Below are positions 1 through 12,586 of a stretch of DNA of 64,000 nucleotides, piece after piece. The notes beneath the pieces are model-generated. The model saw only the letters and a list, made by a program, of their open reading frames with translations. It searched no databases and had not been told where the DNA came from. A program made the translations under genes and the position numbers. The stretch covers positions 5,368 through 69,367 of the forward strand of contig NW_021835966.1 in assembly GCF_006345805.1 (NCBI RefSeq). Reading direction: 5' to 3'. This stretch comes from Octopus sinensis (lineage: Eukaryota). Position 1 is the stretch's first letter; every line of letters begins with the position of its first letter.

Positions 1-441
1 CTCTCATAATATATTTCTCAGATAAACTTGCAATATAGCCATTAATGTGAGGATGTCAACAACAAAGTGAATTCGATTCCAAACAGTTTAAATTTAGCTT
101 TCAACAGAAATTTTCTTCTTGCGAGTGTATTTCTTTCAACGGCGAGAAACTTTACTTAATCGTTTGAAGATTAAGATCACTCAAACTCTCATATGTGAAG
201 AGGGAATTGAAGAAGCTCTATCAGTAATCGTAACTCCATCTTTAATAAAGTTATGCCCGTCATATGGAGAACTAATAGCAGACACTGGTTCAGCGCCCAA
301 GACATCTCTCATTTTTTTTTCAAGACAATTTTTTAAAGAAAATACAAAGACGTCTACAATGTCATTTTACTACTACTGTTGGTATTGAAAATAGAAGAGA
401 GATTTTTTTTTCTTCAGCCAATCATGCTACATGACCATATA

Positions 442-889
442 TATTTCTTTACTGCCCACAAGGGGCTAAGCATAGAGGGGACGAACAAAGACAGACAAAC
501 AGATTAAGTCGATTACATCGACCTCAGTGCGAAACTGGTACTTTATTTATCGACCCCGAAAAGATGAAAGCCAAAGTTGGCCTCGGCGGAATTTGAACTC
601 AGAACGTAACGGCAGACAAAATACGGCTACGCATTTCGCCCGGCGTGCTAACGTTTCTTATTTCTTTATTGCCCACAAGGGGCTAAACATAGATGGGACA
701 AACAAGGACAGACAAAGGGATTAAGTCGATTATATCGACTCCAGTGCGAAACTGGTACATTATTTATCGACCCCGAAAGGATGAAAGGCAAAGTCGGCCT
801 CAGCAGAATTTGAACTCAGAACGTAACGGCAGACGAAATACGGCTACGCATTTCACCCGGCGTGCTAACGTTTCTGCCAGCTCACCGCT
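442..889 (-). mobile_element. SINE family A, head-to-tail dimer
   Basis: Reverse complement reads tRNA-like head (A-box-like TGGCAGAAACGTTAG, B-box-like GAGTTCAAATTCC), core GTCGACTTTGCCTTTCATCCTTTCGGGGTCGATAAA and tail ending GTAAAGAAATA. More than 12 similar copies in the window. Confidence 0.85.
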
Positions 890-988
890 TCTACTTGACC
901 ATATAATACACATCTAATGATATGTCCATTGCTTCTCTTGGTGTAGTACTAATCAAAATATAATTTGCACAACATCTTTAGATCTGAC

Positions 989-1471
989 GTTGTTGTCTTC
1001 TTCCAATCAGGACTCGCGCCAGTAGCCACAAAGAATAATATCTAATTCGAGCCTACTCTAAGCTACTAAGAATGCGTGCGGCAACTTGGAGATCCACCCA
1101 CCACACACGATAGACTGGCGGTTGCACGGGCGCGAAAGCTACGTTGTTATCCTCAGTCCGTAAATGGTGGCTTTTTAACGGGTGGAGAGCTGAACCATCC
1201 TGGGGTACAGAGGATTCGCAATCTAGACTAGGGTCTGAAAGTTTACCACACCATAGTGGGTTACACCATGGTTCCTCTGCTTTGTGGTAGATGTAAGAAG
1301 AAAGAGTGAGAGAAAGTTGTGGTGAAAGAGTACAGCGGGGTTCCAATATCACCGAGTCCAGCTTAGGTGTTTTTGCTCAATAAACACTCACAATGCCCGG
1401 TCTGGGAATCGAGACCGCGTTCTTACGACCGCGAGTCCGTTGCCCTAACCACTGGGCCATTGCGCCTCCAC
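989..1471 (-). mobile_element. SINE family C (tRNA-Arg-like head), 3' tail type ii
   Basis: Head GTGGAGGCGCAATGGCCCAGTGGTTAGGGCA...TCGATTCCCAGACCGGGC. Tail ...GAGTCCTGATTGGAAGAAGACAACAAC, near-identical to the copy at 20771-21261. Confidence 0.85.
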
Positions 1472-2326
1472 TGTCACTGTCGTGCTATATTTGTGGAGCT
1501 ATCAAAATCACTGTAAAAATGTTTGAATAGTTTTTACTGTCCCAAGGCATGTTGATAATTAAATTATTATATATTGTAATTTTAAATAAATAAATGTTAA
1601 GGAAGAAGTCTTTAACAAACGTTAGTCACATTTTAATAATTCTCCAGGATTCTTTAGCGGTGGACATATAATCATTACGTCATATGCTAACCATTCTCCG
1701 AAGTATTTAATCATCTCCACTCCCGATCTAAATCCATTTCATTTTACTTCACTCGTTTGATCGATGGCTACCGATATTCAGTTATTGATAGTGAGTAAAT
1801 CAATTATGCATATCGGAATCCTTTTATATCAAAATTCGAAATATTATATCCAATATTATATGGGAATTACGTGAAGCGAACACTTTCCCTCTAGCTTTTT
1901 AATTATTTCTTTGATCTCCAGTGCACATTACATGGGTATTTAGTGCTTCTAACATGAATTTTTCAGTGTACAAGGGTCATATCTTTGTATTAGTTTTATT
2001 CTTAATACAAATAGCATAATTGTGATACTCCACGCGTAACTGCTCTATTATATCATATTTAAATTATCATTTTTAATCGTCTTCAACTAAATAATATTCC
2101 TTAGATGTAAGCACAGCTACCTTTCTTGTGCTATGGCAAATTTCTTCCACAATCCTCCATCAAACACAAAACGATTGTGATTATTATTTCATTAACATAC
2201 GAATTCTACACCAAAAACATCCATCTGTGCAATCATATTGCAATTTTGTTTAAATACTGCAGCGGTTTTGTATTGTAAAGTAATCTGAGTTGACTTCTTA
2301 TCTCTATTTATTTGACCATGATTAGC

Positions 2327-2509
2327 GTAGGCGTAGGAGTGGCTGTGTGGTAAGTAGATTGCTTACGAACCACGTGGTTCCAGGTTCACTCCCACTGCGT
2401 GGCACCTTGGGCAAGTGTCTTCTACTATAGCCTCGGGCCGACCAAAGCCTTGTGAGTGGATTTGGTAGACGGAAATTGAAAGAAGTCCGTCGTATATATG
2501 TATATATAC

Positions 2510-2556
<47 letters not shown>

Positions 2557-2755
2557 TGTGTATGTTGTGTACATGTGTTTGTCCCAATGCTGGTGTGCTT
2601 ACGTCCCTGTAACTTAGCGGTTCGGCAAAAGAGACAGACAGAATAAGTACTAGGCTTACAAAGAATAAGTCCTGGGGTCGATTTGCTCGACTAAAGGCGG
2701 TGCTCCAGCATGGCCACAGTCATATGACTGAAACAAGTAAAAGGGTAAAAGAGTA
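2327..2755 (+). mobile_element. SINE family B, full length, internal (TA)n(TG)n microsatellite
   Basis: Head GTAGGCGTAGGAGTGGCTGTGTGGTAAG...GGTTCACTCCC, internal microsatellite, and tail GGCGGTGCTCCAGCATGGCC...GAAACAAGTAAAAG(A/G)GTA repeats. Confidence 0.9.
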
Positions 2756-3468
2756 TGGTACTTTTCAATTAAAAGTTTAGTAGACTGTCATAATCGATCC
2801 CGCGTCGGGTAAAATGTCTAACCGTATTTCATGCGATAGTTTGCATTCTGTGTTTGAATATCACCGAGTCCAAATTTTACCCCCGGAGTTGACAAAACTG
2901 CTACACACGTCAGTTCCTTAGGCTCAAATCTGAGACCACTTAGTATCCATGTGAGTAATCAATACTTGCCAACTACAAAATGTATTTATATATAAACGGC
3001 AAAATCCACAATTTTTCAGTTAGAGGGCTCGCATTTTATATGGTCATTCAGAACCGTTCAAGGGTGGTCGTGCACATGTTTACAGTCACCCCGCAAATCT
3101 ATTGAAAATCAATAGAAGTGACTTTTTTGTGAATTTTCTAACCCAAACCCAATCAAAATGCCCGAAACTTGATACGCCAATTGACTGCCAATTAGCTGCA
3201 TGTGATTGGTCGGAGATTTGGACAGTACTCGCGTGTATGTGCGCACGCACACACGCAGCTGTATATGCATGCACTAGCACTATGACCCGTGTATATAAAT
3301 ACACTATAGTGTATTTATATAATACTAGCAAAATGTATTTACGTAATACGTTGAGTATTTGGTGTATATGACATTTAAACTTTCCGGGCTAGATGAATTA
3401 TATTGCCGATAATCTCTGGGATTTGGGAGACAAAAACTGTGAAATTTATTCCTGAATATATATATATA

Positions 3469-3610
3469 CCGGAGTAAGCACATAAATGTGGGGGGAAAAG
3501 AGTACTCGAATACCAGAGGTAGAGTAATATGCTTTATTGAAAAGCAGCCGAAATATAACAAAAGCTGTTACTTAGATTTTCACGTTCCCATTCGTTGGAC
3601 AGTTTTGTTA
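3469..3610 (-). mobile_element. Probable Penelope-like terminal fragment with decayed hammerhead-like fold (3565-3602)
   Basis: Minus strand CTGT-CCAACGA-ATGggaaCGT-GAAA-atctaagt-A-ACAG. Stem I CTGT/ACAG pairs but the core is mutated. Abuts a (TA)n tract. Confidence 0.45.
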
Positions 3611-3716
3611 AAATACAACAGAAATTTCGTTATTTCCGAACTTCAATATCATCATTTAATTTAATGGCGTATTACTAGGAGCATACCCAACACTTAGATA
3701 TATAAATATTAATTTA

Positions 3717-3823
<107 letters not shown>

Positions 3824-3827
3824 CACA

Positions 3828-4236
3828 CTTTACTCTTTACTCTTTTACTTGTTTCAGTCATTTGACTGCGGCCATGCTGGAGCACCGCCTTTAATCGAGC
3901 AACTCGACCCCGGGACTTATTCTTTGTATGCCAAGTACTTATTCTATCGGTCTCTTTTGCCGAACCGCTAAGTTACGGGGACATAAACACACCAGCATCG
4001 GTTGTCAAGCAATGCTTGGGGGACAAACACAGACACCCAAACATACACGCATATATATATATATATATATATATACAGGATGGGCTTCTTTCCGTTTCCG
4101 TCTACCAAATCCACTCACAAGGCTTTGCTCGGCCCGAGGCTATAGTAGAAGACACTTGCCCGAGGTGCCACGCAGTGGGACTGAACCCGGAACCATGTGG
4201 TTGGTAAACAAGCTACTTACCACGCAGCCACTCCTA
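3828..4236 (-). mobile_element. SINE family B, full length
   Basis: Reverse complement of the 2327-2755 architecture. Confidence 0.9.
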
Positions 4237-4585
4237 TATATATATATCAACTTTTCATTTTGTAAGTCGTCCAAGTGTGCTCTGTACCAGTGTGAACTAT
4301 GAACAATAATCAATCTCCTCAAATGCGATTCAGCAATCTGGCATCCTGAAAAAGACAAAGATGGTTGTGTATTCCATATGTCGTCTCTACTCCTTGTTCT
4401 ACACTCAAAATGCCATGAGGATTCCTAAGGTCGAACCAGTGACAATTGTGTAATTAATGTGGATCATGCGAACAGATCCAACACAATTTATCTATATCTT
4501 TATCTATATCCATATCTCTCTCTCTCCCCCCTCTCTCTCTCTCTCTCTATCTCTCTCTATCTATCTCGATATATATATATATATG

Positions 4586-4794
4586 TAGTTAATCCAAACC
4601 AAACATGAAAACACAAAGAGAAAACACAACAACGCGAGGACGTGGAACAAATATAGTGTTATTGGACGCTCAGGAAAGGAAGGAAAGAAGGAGGATTTAA
4701 CGATTCGAGCGGAGCTCTTCGTCGGAAACATAGCAAAGATCCAAGGAAGGGAAGACAGAAGAAAAAATCCCCAACGGTACACACGCGGTCACAT
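4586..4794 (-). mobile_element. Family G, (TA)n-flanked ~210 bp element with hammerhead-like motif at 4695-4729
   Basis: Three copies (4586, 32452, 45147). Minus strand GTTT-CCGACGA-A-GAGC-tcc-GCTC-GAAT-CGTT-AAAT. Confidence 0.7.
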
Positions 4795-4809
4795 ATATGT
4801 ATATCTATA

Positions 4810-4870
<61 letters not shown>

Positions 4871-4939
4871 CATATATACACACACACACATATATATATT
4901 TGTTCATGTGTGTGTATTTATGTGTGTATGTTTGTGCGT

Positions 4940-5120
4940 CTGTGTCCCAGCAACATCGCTTGATAACCGATGCTGGTGTATTTACGACCCGTAACTTAGT
5001 GGTTCGGCAAAAAGATTCCCATAGAAGAAGTTCTGGGGTCGATTTGCTCGACTAAATGCGTTACTCCAGCATGGTCGCAGTCTAATGACTGAAACAAGTA
5101 AAATAATAAAAGAATAAATA
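4940..5120 (+). mobile_element. SINE family B, 3' half
   Basis: ...GATAACCGATGCTGGTG...CCAGCATGGTCGCAGTCTAATGACTGAAACAAGTAAAA. Confidence 0.8.
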
Positions 5121-5514
5121 TCTATCTATCTCTATATGTATATATATATATATATGAATAAATACATATATGAATATGTATTTTTATATATATATATATA
5201 TACTTAGGTATACTCAGGTATATATATATGGCTTGATTGACAGTCGCAGATGATGATGTGATGATGATGATGATGAGGAGGAGGAGGAGGAGGAGGAGGA
5301 GCATTGTAATGATGGTGGTTGAAGTGATCGTGCTCTTGGTACCGGTTGCGATGGTGACAAGGATACAGAGTTCATGTTTACGCCTTTGCTAATGTAAATG
5401 GACAATGGAAGTAATTATGTACAAAAGAAAATGTCGAGGCTACGTAGACACACACATACACACACACACACGTACACAATATATAATATGCACACATACA
5501 CTAACACATGTATA

Positions 5515-5586
<72 letters not shown>

Positions 5587-5654
5587 GGAGGGGTTCTGTT
5601 TGTGCATCAGATGTACGCACGTGTTCATATCCTTATAATACATAAATACTCTTC

Positions 5655-5683
5655 TCTTGTTTCTTCTTTCTTTCTTTCTTTCT

Positions 5684-5725
<42 letters not shown>
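5655..5725. repeat. (TTTC)n microsatellite
   Basis: Read directly from the sequence. Confidence 0.9.
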
Positions 5726-5726
<1 letters not shown>

Positions 5727-6584
5727 CACTCTTCCTTTCTACTTCGCAAACACATGTACACATGCAAATACATGCATATGAATGTTAACCTTCCCACCAC
5801 CACCACCACCACCACCACAACCTTTAATATGAATATTATTATTATCATCATCATTATCATAATGTATGTTAATTATTGTATTATTCAACCACCAGCTGCA
5901 GAGGTTGTTGCTGTCTTTGTTTTGGTGTTTGTGTTAAAAGTTTTGTTATAACCAACATCAGAAGCAACTACGCTAACAGCAGTCGCCGAACCTACAGAAT
6001 AAATGTATAGAGTATATATATGTCGTAGCCATTAATGGCTATTATGTTTAATTGCGAACAAAAGTCATCATTTTGTAATGCATCCACCGTAATTTACCCG
6101 TATGCTCAATAGCTGATACAGTTCGCATGTCATTTTGCCGGCATTCTTTCTGCTTCTTTACCTTACTCACATATGTAATATATATATTTCGTCATGTAAC
6201 GGTAATGCATGCGGATACAGGCGTATCCGTCTCTGCTGTATTTATTACAGATTCAGTTTGGATTTGAGATAAAATGCTTCATAAAATCTTTCGCAATGAA
6301 ACGACTGTAAATAGCTTCGTTTAAGTTTCTCTCTCTCTCTCTCCCACTTTGTCACTGTCTTGTAGTCTCACTATCTGTTCCCTTTTCTCTCTGCCATATT
6401 TATAACTTTATAAATGCTTACACACACACTCACACAGATATACACACACACATATATATATATATATGCATTAATATGCAAATGTAGATGAGTATGCATG
6501 TATATGTATGTATATAAGTATGTAAGTATGTATGTATGTATGAACGGATGTATGTAAATATGTATGTATGCATGCATGTATGAA

Positions 6585-6689
6585 TGTCATTATTCAGTAT
6601 TATTTCAAGATTTCTTGCCAATAGAGAAAGAGCCGGTTTCTAACTTCGATCCAAGCTTCCTTCATTGGAATTTCAAAATCAACAACAGG
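6585..6689. repeat. ~105 bp direct repeat, copy 1 (copy 2 at 7260-7364)
   Basis: TTTCAAGATT(T/A)CTTGCCAATAGAGAAAGAGCCGGTTTCTAACTT...CTTCATTGGAATTTCAA...CAACAGG is present twice, each next to (TATG)n. Confidence 0.85.
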
Positions 6690-6721
6690 ATATTTTTGTA
6701 TGTATGTATGTATGTATGTAT

Positions 6722-7052
6722 GTTAAGGCTTTTGATATGCAGGACACTGACTGGGAGAACAATGCCTGTCATCGCCACAGATGGAGGAAGCAGGTTAAGG
6801 AGGGGATCGACACTTTCGAGAGAGCACGTATCCAGCATGAAGAACTTAAGCGAGCTGCGCGAACGCACACGGCTCGTATAGTGAATGGGGAAAGCTTGGT
6901 CTGCAATGTTTGCAGTCGTGTATGCTTGTCAAGAGCAGGGCTCATTGGCCACAAACGGAGCCGCAAATGCAAAATATAAGTTAATCCTAGAGCGCACAAT
7001 GTTCCTGAAGGTCGGCAATGGTCTTCCTCGGTCACGAGTGGACGGCCATCAT
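6722..7052 (+). mobile_element. 5'-truncated LINE 3' end, RTE-like ORF2 C-terminus with zinc-finger-like motif
   Basis: Translates to KAFDMQDTDWENNACHRHRWRKQVKEG...CNVCSRVCLSRAGLIGHKRSRKCKI*, followed by a short 3' UTR and an (ATGT)n tail. Confidence 0.75.
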
Positions 7053-7178
7053 GTACGTATGTATGTATGTATGTATGTATGTATGTATGTATGTATGTAT
7101 GTATGTATGTATGTATGTATGTATGTATGTATGTATGTATGTATGTATGAATGTATGTATGTATGTATGTATGTATGT
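7053..7178. repeat. (ATGT)n microsatellite, likely the LINE tail
   Basis: Read directly from the sequence. Confidence 0.95.
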
Positions 7179-7259
7179 GCAGATTTGTATCTTTCATGTA
7201 TGTATTCTCATGCATGTAGTTGCATAGCTAGACATGCTCATATATACTTAATGTATGTA

Positions 7260-7364
7260 TGTCATTGTCCAGTTTTATTTCAAGATTACTTGCCAATAGA
7301 GAAAGAGCCGGTTTCTAACTTAGATCCAAGTCTCCTTCATTGGAATTTCAACATCGACAACAGG
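7260..7364. repeat. ~105 bp direct repeat, copy 2
   Basis: Homologous to 6585-6689. Confidence 0.85.
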
Positions 7365-8192
7365 GTATGTATATATATATCTGTATCTATGTATGTATAC
7401 ATGCAGATTTGTATGTTTTCCTTTATGTATTTAATCTCATGCATATACTTGCATATCTACACATGCTCGTGTGTAGATATATGATAAAGGATAACTTTTG
7501 AAAAGTCTCACACATGTTTACAGTTCCAATGATAGACAGAAATCTGTAGTCTTCGAATCAACTTTTTCCTTTCTGGTTTTCAGAAGCCTAATTTGTCAAG
7601 ATTGGTATTTAGACGGTGCGTTACATACCCCAGTGCCTCAATAATTACAGGTATAAATCAGAACTGAACTTGTAATCTGGATAGAGTAAGTGCAAATTTC
7701 TCAATTTTTCAGCTTATGTGTTCTCTATGTCACTGATCTTCAGCTTTATGTTAACATCCGATGGGCAGCAATTTTCACAATTCTACACAGTTTCTATATT
7801 CTATTACAAATCATTATATAAGGTCTACTGGATTTACATTTTATTGAGGCTTTCACTGGGTCATTCCACCAACATTCATTTTTATTATGAGGCTATGGCT
7901 TCTACCATACTGAGATTTCTTATTTCTTTTTCCTCAGGGTTATCCTTTCGACGGAACTCATTATATAGTGTCCTAGCTACAACATCAGGTCACATCAGTG
8001 TATGTATGTATGCATGTATGTCTCTTTTATATTTAAACCCCAAAATTCTTCCTCCGAAAAAAGAGCTGGTTTATAACAAAGATTCAAAATTCCATTTTAA
8101 AAATGAGAAAGGCCTGGCATAGTTTCACTGTTCCGCTTAGAATTTGTATCTGTAATGTGCGATTCATTTGGTTGGTCTATCAATCAATCAAT

Positions 8193-8376
<184 letters not shown>

Positions 8377-9098
8377 ATCTAAATATATGTGTGTAATATA
8401 CATATTTTATATTTTCATACATATATATATTCGTAACTATCTCTATACACATTATCTTAATACCTTTATTGTAGATTCGTTCACAAATATTTCCATCGCA
8501 GTTTGGAAGATGTTCACACAAGGAACAGGAAAATTGCTTTGAGACAAATATATCGATCTGTTCATCTACATTGCTATGCATCGATAACAGGAGCGAAGGT
8601 GACTGAAAAAGAAAGAGACAGAAACACAGAGGTGGAGAAAATGATTGAATATTATTAGTTTTCTGTCATAATTTTTATTCAAAATGTAAATGGAAAAAGT
8701 CGTAACTGGATAGTGATATAAAAATGTTTTGTTGATGCGGGAATAGATTACATTGCGTAAGAGATAAGTGATTTCAAATAATTATTACTTTTAAGAGTCA
8801 TGTGCACTTACGGAAAGGGACATTACCCAATGATGTATGACATGACACGCTGATAGATTCTGATGGCATTCGACAACCACAAAATGTCGTTGCAAACTAC
8901 CGATGTGTGTGTGTGCACGCTTGCGTGTCTGTATATACACACATACAGACACTTACATATATATATATATATAAATATATATATATTCATAAATACATAC
9001 ACGCATATATATATATTTATATATGCATAAATACACACACCACACGCACACATATATATTATATATATATATTATATATAAATGCACATACATATGTA

Positions 9099-9171
<73 letters not shown>

Positions 9172-9382
9172 ATAATTGGGAATGGTCATATTTTGTCAAC
9201 TAAACACACGGCCTATATATTTGTTTTCACTGCAGCTTTATTATCATTATTTAATTTTCTTTTTGGCACAGAACATTCGTCACACATCTAGTGATCTCTT
9301 CAACGACTCTTTATCCTATGTATCTCTCCTCTTGTTCTGTCTATTCTATTTTGTATTTCTCTTGCAAAACAAGTACATAAGC

Positions 9383-9430
<48 letters not shown>

Positions 9431-9441
9431 TATATATATAG

Positions 9442-9473
<32 letters not shown>

Positions 9474-10064
9474 ATAAATGCACATGTATATATATGTTGA
9501 TATGATATAAAAGTCGATATGCATAACATATGATGTTATATGTATCTAGATTCTACTGAAGAAACAAGAGAAATTGAAAGGAAAAATCATTTACATTTCG
9601 AGCGTAAGCTCTTTTTCTAAAATAGAGGAGAGAAAAAATGGAGAAAGAGAACACAAATCTATATAACAGGGACGGCATGCATAAGTGAAGGTCTTATTTG
9701 AAAAGGAGATCGCCGTAAATGTGATTGGCAACGAGGGTAACTCTGATTCTGGTATATGTGCGGGTAAATACACGCGTGTGTATATGTAGCTTATGGATGC
9801 TTATGTGTTCTGTGTGTTTTTGCGTGTGTTTATGTGTGTGTGCATGTGTGTGCATGAGGCTCTCTGGCATATGCCTGTGCGTGGTCGTATATGCGTATGA
9901 AGCTAATGAGTTCGTTTGTACTATGTATGCTTTTCTTTATGTACTATATGTGATTGTGTATACTTATATGCATGTATGCGTTTGTGTGTGTTGTGGGTTG
10001 TATATGGCTGTTTTATATATATATATATATATAATATATATATATATATAATATATATATAATA

Positions 10065-10454
10065 TACTCTCTCTTTACTCTCTCTTTTACTTGTTTCAGT
10101 CATTTGACTGCGGCCATGCTGGAGCACCGCCTTAGTCGAGCAACTCGACCCCAGGACTTATTCTTTTGTAAGCCAAGTACTTATTCTATCGGTCTCTTTT
10201 GCCGAACCGCTAAGTGACGGGGAGGTAAACACACCATCATCGGTTGTCAAGCAATGCTTGGGGGACAAACACAGACACACACACATACATATATATATAT
10301 ACATATATACGACGTCTACCAAATCCACTCACAAAGCATTGGTCGACCCGGGGCTATAGCAGAAGACACTTGCCCAAGATGCCACGCGGTGGGACTGAAC
10401 CCGGAACCATGTGGTTGGTTAGCAAGCTACTTACCACAGAGCCACTCCCGCGTA
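10065..10454 (-). mobile_element. SINE family B, near full length
   Basis: Homologous to 2327-2755, with a small internal deletion. Confidence 0.85.
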
Positions 10455-10468
10455 TACATACATACATA

Positions 10469-10662
10469 CATATTAGAGGGAAACCACTACGTGGACACCC
10501 TTATGGTAGAAATAGATCCGTTGTTGCTTTTTCTTTTGTCGTGCTCGATTACGTTTTGGTTGTTTTGCTAACTTTTTCTTGAGAACGTTTCTTTGTAGTA
10601 AGACCATAGCGGATCTATTTCTAGTATAAGGGTGTCCACATAGTGGTTTCCCTCTAATATGT
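10469..10662. mobile_element. Palindromic MITE family E, copy 1
   Basis: Inverted arms ATTAGAGGGAAACCACTACGTGGACACCCTTATGGTAGAAATAGATCCG / CGGATCTATTTCTAGTATAAGGGTGTCCACATAGTGGTTTCCCTCTAAT, with TA-rich flanks. Second copy at 57739-57880. Confidence 0.8.
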
Positions 10663-10739
10663 ATATAATACAATTTTACTGAACCTTCAGTTTTTTTTAT
10701 ATGGTAGACCACTTGTGTGAAATTGATGTTAATTAAATT

Positions 10740-10860
10740 AATATCTAAATTCTCACCCTCATTAAAATTTAATTATATACAATGTGCTATCGGGACACCA
10801 ACACAAATTAGACTAAACAAAGAAACATTCTTCATTGAAAAATACAAGCCCAAAATTAAC
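10740..10860 (+). pseudogene. Penelope-like element GIY-YIG endonuclease C-terminal remnant
   Basis: Peptide QCAIGTPTQIRLNKETFFIEKYKPKIN resembles the R-x-x-x-E-x-x-x-I-x-x-x-x-P-x-(L/I)-N end of PLE GIY-YIG domains. A hammerhead-like fold lies about 170 bp downstream. Confidence 0.5.
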
Positions 10861-11026
10861 CATTCCAACATACTTTTACAGAGAAATTCACTCCAAAAGA
10901 AAGGAAAAAAAATTTAAGCGATTATCTCCCTTACACCGGAAGAAATCACTTATTACCTCCCCTTATCTAGAACTCTTCTCAACATAAACATAACGATAAC
11001 TCTTCTCAACGTAAACATAACGACGT

Positions 11027-11066
11027 AAGAAATTTGAAAAGCTGAACGCGAAACCGGTCATTTCTT
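11027..11066 (+). ncRNA. Minimal type-I hammerhead-like ribozyme, U3-A8 core variant
   Basis: AAGAAAT-TTGAAAA-GC-tgaac-GC-GAA-ACCGGT-C-ATTTCTT: 7-bp stem I, palindromic stem III, GUC cleavage triplet. Confidence 0.6.
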
Positions 11067-11179
11067 CTAAACTATGTCATTGTAAGAAAAAAATTTATAA
11101 CATTCTTCAGACATATTGACTCAAATATATATTTTTTAACCTTTTAAAACAAGCCTTCTGTAGTTTTTTCACTTTTTAC

Positions 11180-11225
<46 letters not shown>

Positions 11226-12001
11226 CCTAATCATTTGATTTAGGAAGAAACGAGACAAAAGAAAATGAGCGACGTGGTGGTGTTGCCGGTGGTGGGAGTG
11301 AAGAATGTATCACATACACACAAATACTAACACACACAGAACAACGCAAGCACACACATGATTACGTCATAATTGATTATGATGCAGGAATGGAATATGA
11401 AATTTTTTCTACTCTTTTTTCATATCTTTGACACTTTCATGGATATTTTTCAACGATAGTTCCGTCTTTGTTGACGGCTCGAGTATTTAGTTTGATTAGA
11501 CTATCGTTGGAAAGAAAAGCATACGGATTCTACAAATCTTTAAAAGAATTCCAAATTCAAGACGTCGATGAAATAAGAACACGGACGGAAAGAGCCTAAC
11601 ACATGAAAACCGTTACGAAAAGTGAAGCCTGAATTAATCTAATTGGTAATTGACAGGAGAAACCATTTTGGTATGTACTTAGATAGCTCTAACAATTCTA
11701 ATATTGACAAACATCTTACACATCAGTTGTTAGAGACCTGTGACTTAGAATCAGAGACATGAGGTTTATCACATTATAAAAACTGTTGGGGACACAAACC
11801 ACTCCCAGTGCTGGAAAAAAGCATCTCTCGCTCCTATGGAACTAGTTAGTTTAAACTGAGAGAAAGATAGATATAAATAAGCCATATATTATTTTGAAGG
11901 AGTTGAGAAGATAACCATGCCTCTTCATCTATATGTCTCTCCCAATTATTATAAACGTATCTGACAAAACTACCAAAATCTTTCTATGTAAATAGAAAGT
12001 A

Positions 12002-12410
12002 GGATCTTTTCGGTTTGAAAGGCAGTTTTTTCTAGCGGTGTCATATGAAATTGTCACCCATAATTATGACCCTAGTATCGATCTATTGCATTTCAAAGTG
12101 TTTTAGGGTTAAGGGTGGGGGAAGGGTATCTTTTTTTCTTCACAAATGTAAATAAACCCAATCTGTTTCTTAAACGAGGGACATATTCATACGGTACAGA
12201 ATGTTTTTACCTCAATCGACGTCAGTGATCGGTTGAAATTGCAGAAATTGAAGAAAAAAACAACAAGTATCTTACAAACTATAGAATTTTCTCAATAAAG
12301 CCAAGAGAAAAAGATGTTTTATAAACACATTCTACCAGTATACGAAGTTTAAAATTTTCCAGTTACCTATAAATTATTTTAAAAACTGCCGTTTAAACCG
12401 CAAAATATCC
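12002..12410. mobile_element. MITE family D (non-autonomous TIR DNA transposon), copy 1
   Basis: Left TIR GGATCTTTTCGGTTTGAAAGGCAGTTTT and decayed right TIR AAAACTGCCGTTTAAACCGCAAAATATCC. Internal sequence is shared with 40003 and 61226. Confidence 0.85.
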
Positions 12411-12586
12411 GAAAGGTAAAATAAAGGAGAGTTTTAAACGGCAAATGAAGGTTAGTGTGGCTAGATGAGGAAGGGATGAATCTGTATCGAAAAAAATGAA
12501 TAGAAAATTTTTGTTAAAACCAACATATGATACAATAGAAATAACGCAGTAGAATAAAAAAAACTAAGATAGAAAATATCACAGTA

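Noticed and set aside
119-388. 89-aa ORF in unique-looking sequence
   Set aside because: It has a non-ATG start, no recognisable domain and no clear splice signals. It may be decayed transposon sequence, but I cannot support a call.
1400-1471. tRNA-like sequences at the heads of families A, B, C and J and at ~32985-33030
   Set aside because: They have A/B-box-like motifs but no complete cloverleaf and continue into SINE bodies. Called as SINE heads, not tRNA genes.
1900-2100. Possible decayed CR1-like RT remnant on the minus strand (similar weak hint at 27660-27900)
   Set aside because: Motif matches are marginal by eye and would need a profile search.
3928-4302. Recurring peptide families such as [15 protein letters not shown]...[14 protein letters not shown] and STPVRNWYLIYRP...
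   Set aside because: These are conceptual translations of SINE B and SINE A. The similarity reflects repeat copies, not a gene family.
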